DNA of 63,047 bases, the filler included, from Asterionella formosa (lineage: Eukaryota), in the NCBI GenBank assembly GCA_002256025.1. It is 2 parts of 2 records of this genome, joined end to end, with 100 filler letters (N's around TTAATTAATTAA, not from the genome) between each part and the next. Parts side by side here need not be neighbours in the genome. Positions count along the whole stretch, not along the records: positions 31,591 to 63,047 come from NKIB01000664.1; 1 more part is not named here. The stretch is one strand, 5' to 3'. Below, one piece after another: positions 61,519-63,047 of this stretch. Both the position numbers and the translations under genes were made by a program. Every line of letters starts with the position of its first letter. Within the stretch, counting starts at the first letter, position 1. The notes under the pieces were generated by a model. The model was not told the origin of the DNA. It was given only the letters and a program-made list of their open reading frames with translations, and did no database searches.

Positions 61519-63047
61519 GACAATAGAAAAGGGGAACATTGGCTGTTTGACCACACAAAATGTAGAAACATAAAAATGATTTTGTGATAAAACAGTAAAA
61601 TTACAACCCATTTCAACCTATTTTTAACAGCTATTTCGATTAGAGTTACCATCATATAAGGCAGGATAGGTGCATGATAAAAGAATATACATCATAGTAG
61701 GATAATGTTTTGATAATTATGTGGTGGTTTGATTATTACAAGTATGCTTAGCCTGTTCACTTTCATAGTATGCATTTATCATACATATAACGAAATATGT
61801 ATCATGCACAGAAAAATTCTGTGCCAGTTATCGTATGATACCCCTCATCTTAAAATATAAGTACGATATTTTTTATTTTGGAATGATCTCGTCCAGCAAT
61901 TGGGAGTGCGTCGAAACTGAGAAGGTGCGCATAAAACGTGCACTTCCGGATCTTCCTGTACCACACTACCAGGTACCGGTATACTGCCTGGTACCACGAG
62001 GGTACCAGCATTGCGGTCATTTGGCTTTCTGTAAATAAAAACTTTAATATCGGATAAAGATATCTAATTTTTTCATTTCAGCCCAACCACATACCGCAAC
62101 TTGCAGGAGTACGGTAGCTGGCACCAGGTATGTATTTTCGTACTCCTATGATTTAAACATGATAGTATTATCATTCCTCTATAATATTAAAAGTCTGCCT
62201 ACGTGAAGTATGAGGGTAATTTGCGTTTAGCAAAATGAAGAAACCTCAACAAAATTGGAACACAACAACACATCATCCGGAGTCACACTCCCATCTTCTA
62301 CAGCATACGTTAGTAAGAAGTACTCCGGGGTACCAGAACCAGGTACAAACTGTAGTAACGACAGTATGTGTCTTCTTGACAGACAAGGTACTTGGTGGTA
62401 CCTGGTAGGAACCAGGTACCAGTACCTTTGACCAGTGCATGATGCAGGCATGAGCGAAGGATCCGTCATCAAAACACTCATTTCTCGGCATAATAAGAAA
62501 AACACATCGCTCACACCCCTCATCTGTTGTTAACTACACAGTCAACAAATTTCCGATAAGGTCCTTTCAATTAGGTTGCCGCTTGGCGTTGGCATATTTC
62601 TCTCCAACGCCCTCTTGTTTGCTACTTGTCGTGAAAGTTGACACTGTGAGAGAACGAGAGGAAAAGGTCCCCTCCGCCATTCTTGACATTTTACGGAATT
62701 CCTTGTCGATCTCCTTTTTCTTGTAGAATTCTACACAGATTAGTACTTGCGCCTCCCAGGAAATCCATAGCTTGGAGATACAGTTCGTTCCAGTTGGAAT
62801 TATCAGAAACGGTGCCAAGCACTGTCATAGGTAACCTAACCCACTTCCTTTTCTAACTCTTTGCCTTTTGAGTGTTCTGAACGCTTCTCGTTCACTACCG
62901 ATATTGACCCATTTTGCCTCCACTGCGACCCTCGACTTCAAGTTTTCCACAACTATTCCCATGTTGCAACAGCAAGGTCCTACCAACGATAACAGCAACC
63001 CTCAGCAAGGATCCAACTTGAACCCTAAGATGCATATCAATGAAAAC

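Noticed and set aside
62567..63047. Possible gene at the window end
   Set aside because: Short frames on both strands, no recognisable motif, truncated by the window edge.

Overview
Eukaryotic, intron-containing genomic DNA, most likely a diatom (short GT-AG introns, ASAFAP-type bipartite presequences, an RRL-motif/KxxK secreted protein). Gene islands alternate with AT-rich transposon-rich spacers. Genes: a type III pantothenate kinase-like protein fused to two Tudor-like repeats, a hypothetical protein, SCC2/NIPBL with a PHD finger, a TadA-type deaminase, a ~15-exon Argonaute with all four slicer positions substituted, a conserved plastid-targeted protein, BRF1, a MATE transporter, a class I SAM methyltransferase, a phytochelatin-synthase-like protein with a 22-aa repeat stalk, oligopeptidase B, a silaffin-like Pro/Ser/Lys-rich protein and a WBP11-GYF fusion. 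Mobile DNA: a decayed Gypsy element with both LTRs and TSD, a mariner element with a passenger ORF, a family of TTAA-flanked GG..CC (Kolobok-type) elements plus a KolX/transposase relic, a solo LTR, MITEs and minisatellites. GTAC-palindrome clusters lie upstream of many genes. There is one assembly gap with an artificial linker. All family assignments come from motif recognition by eye; no database searches were run.
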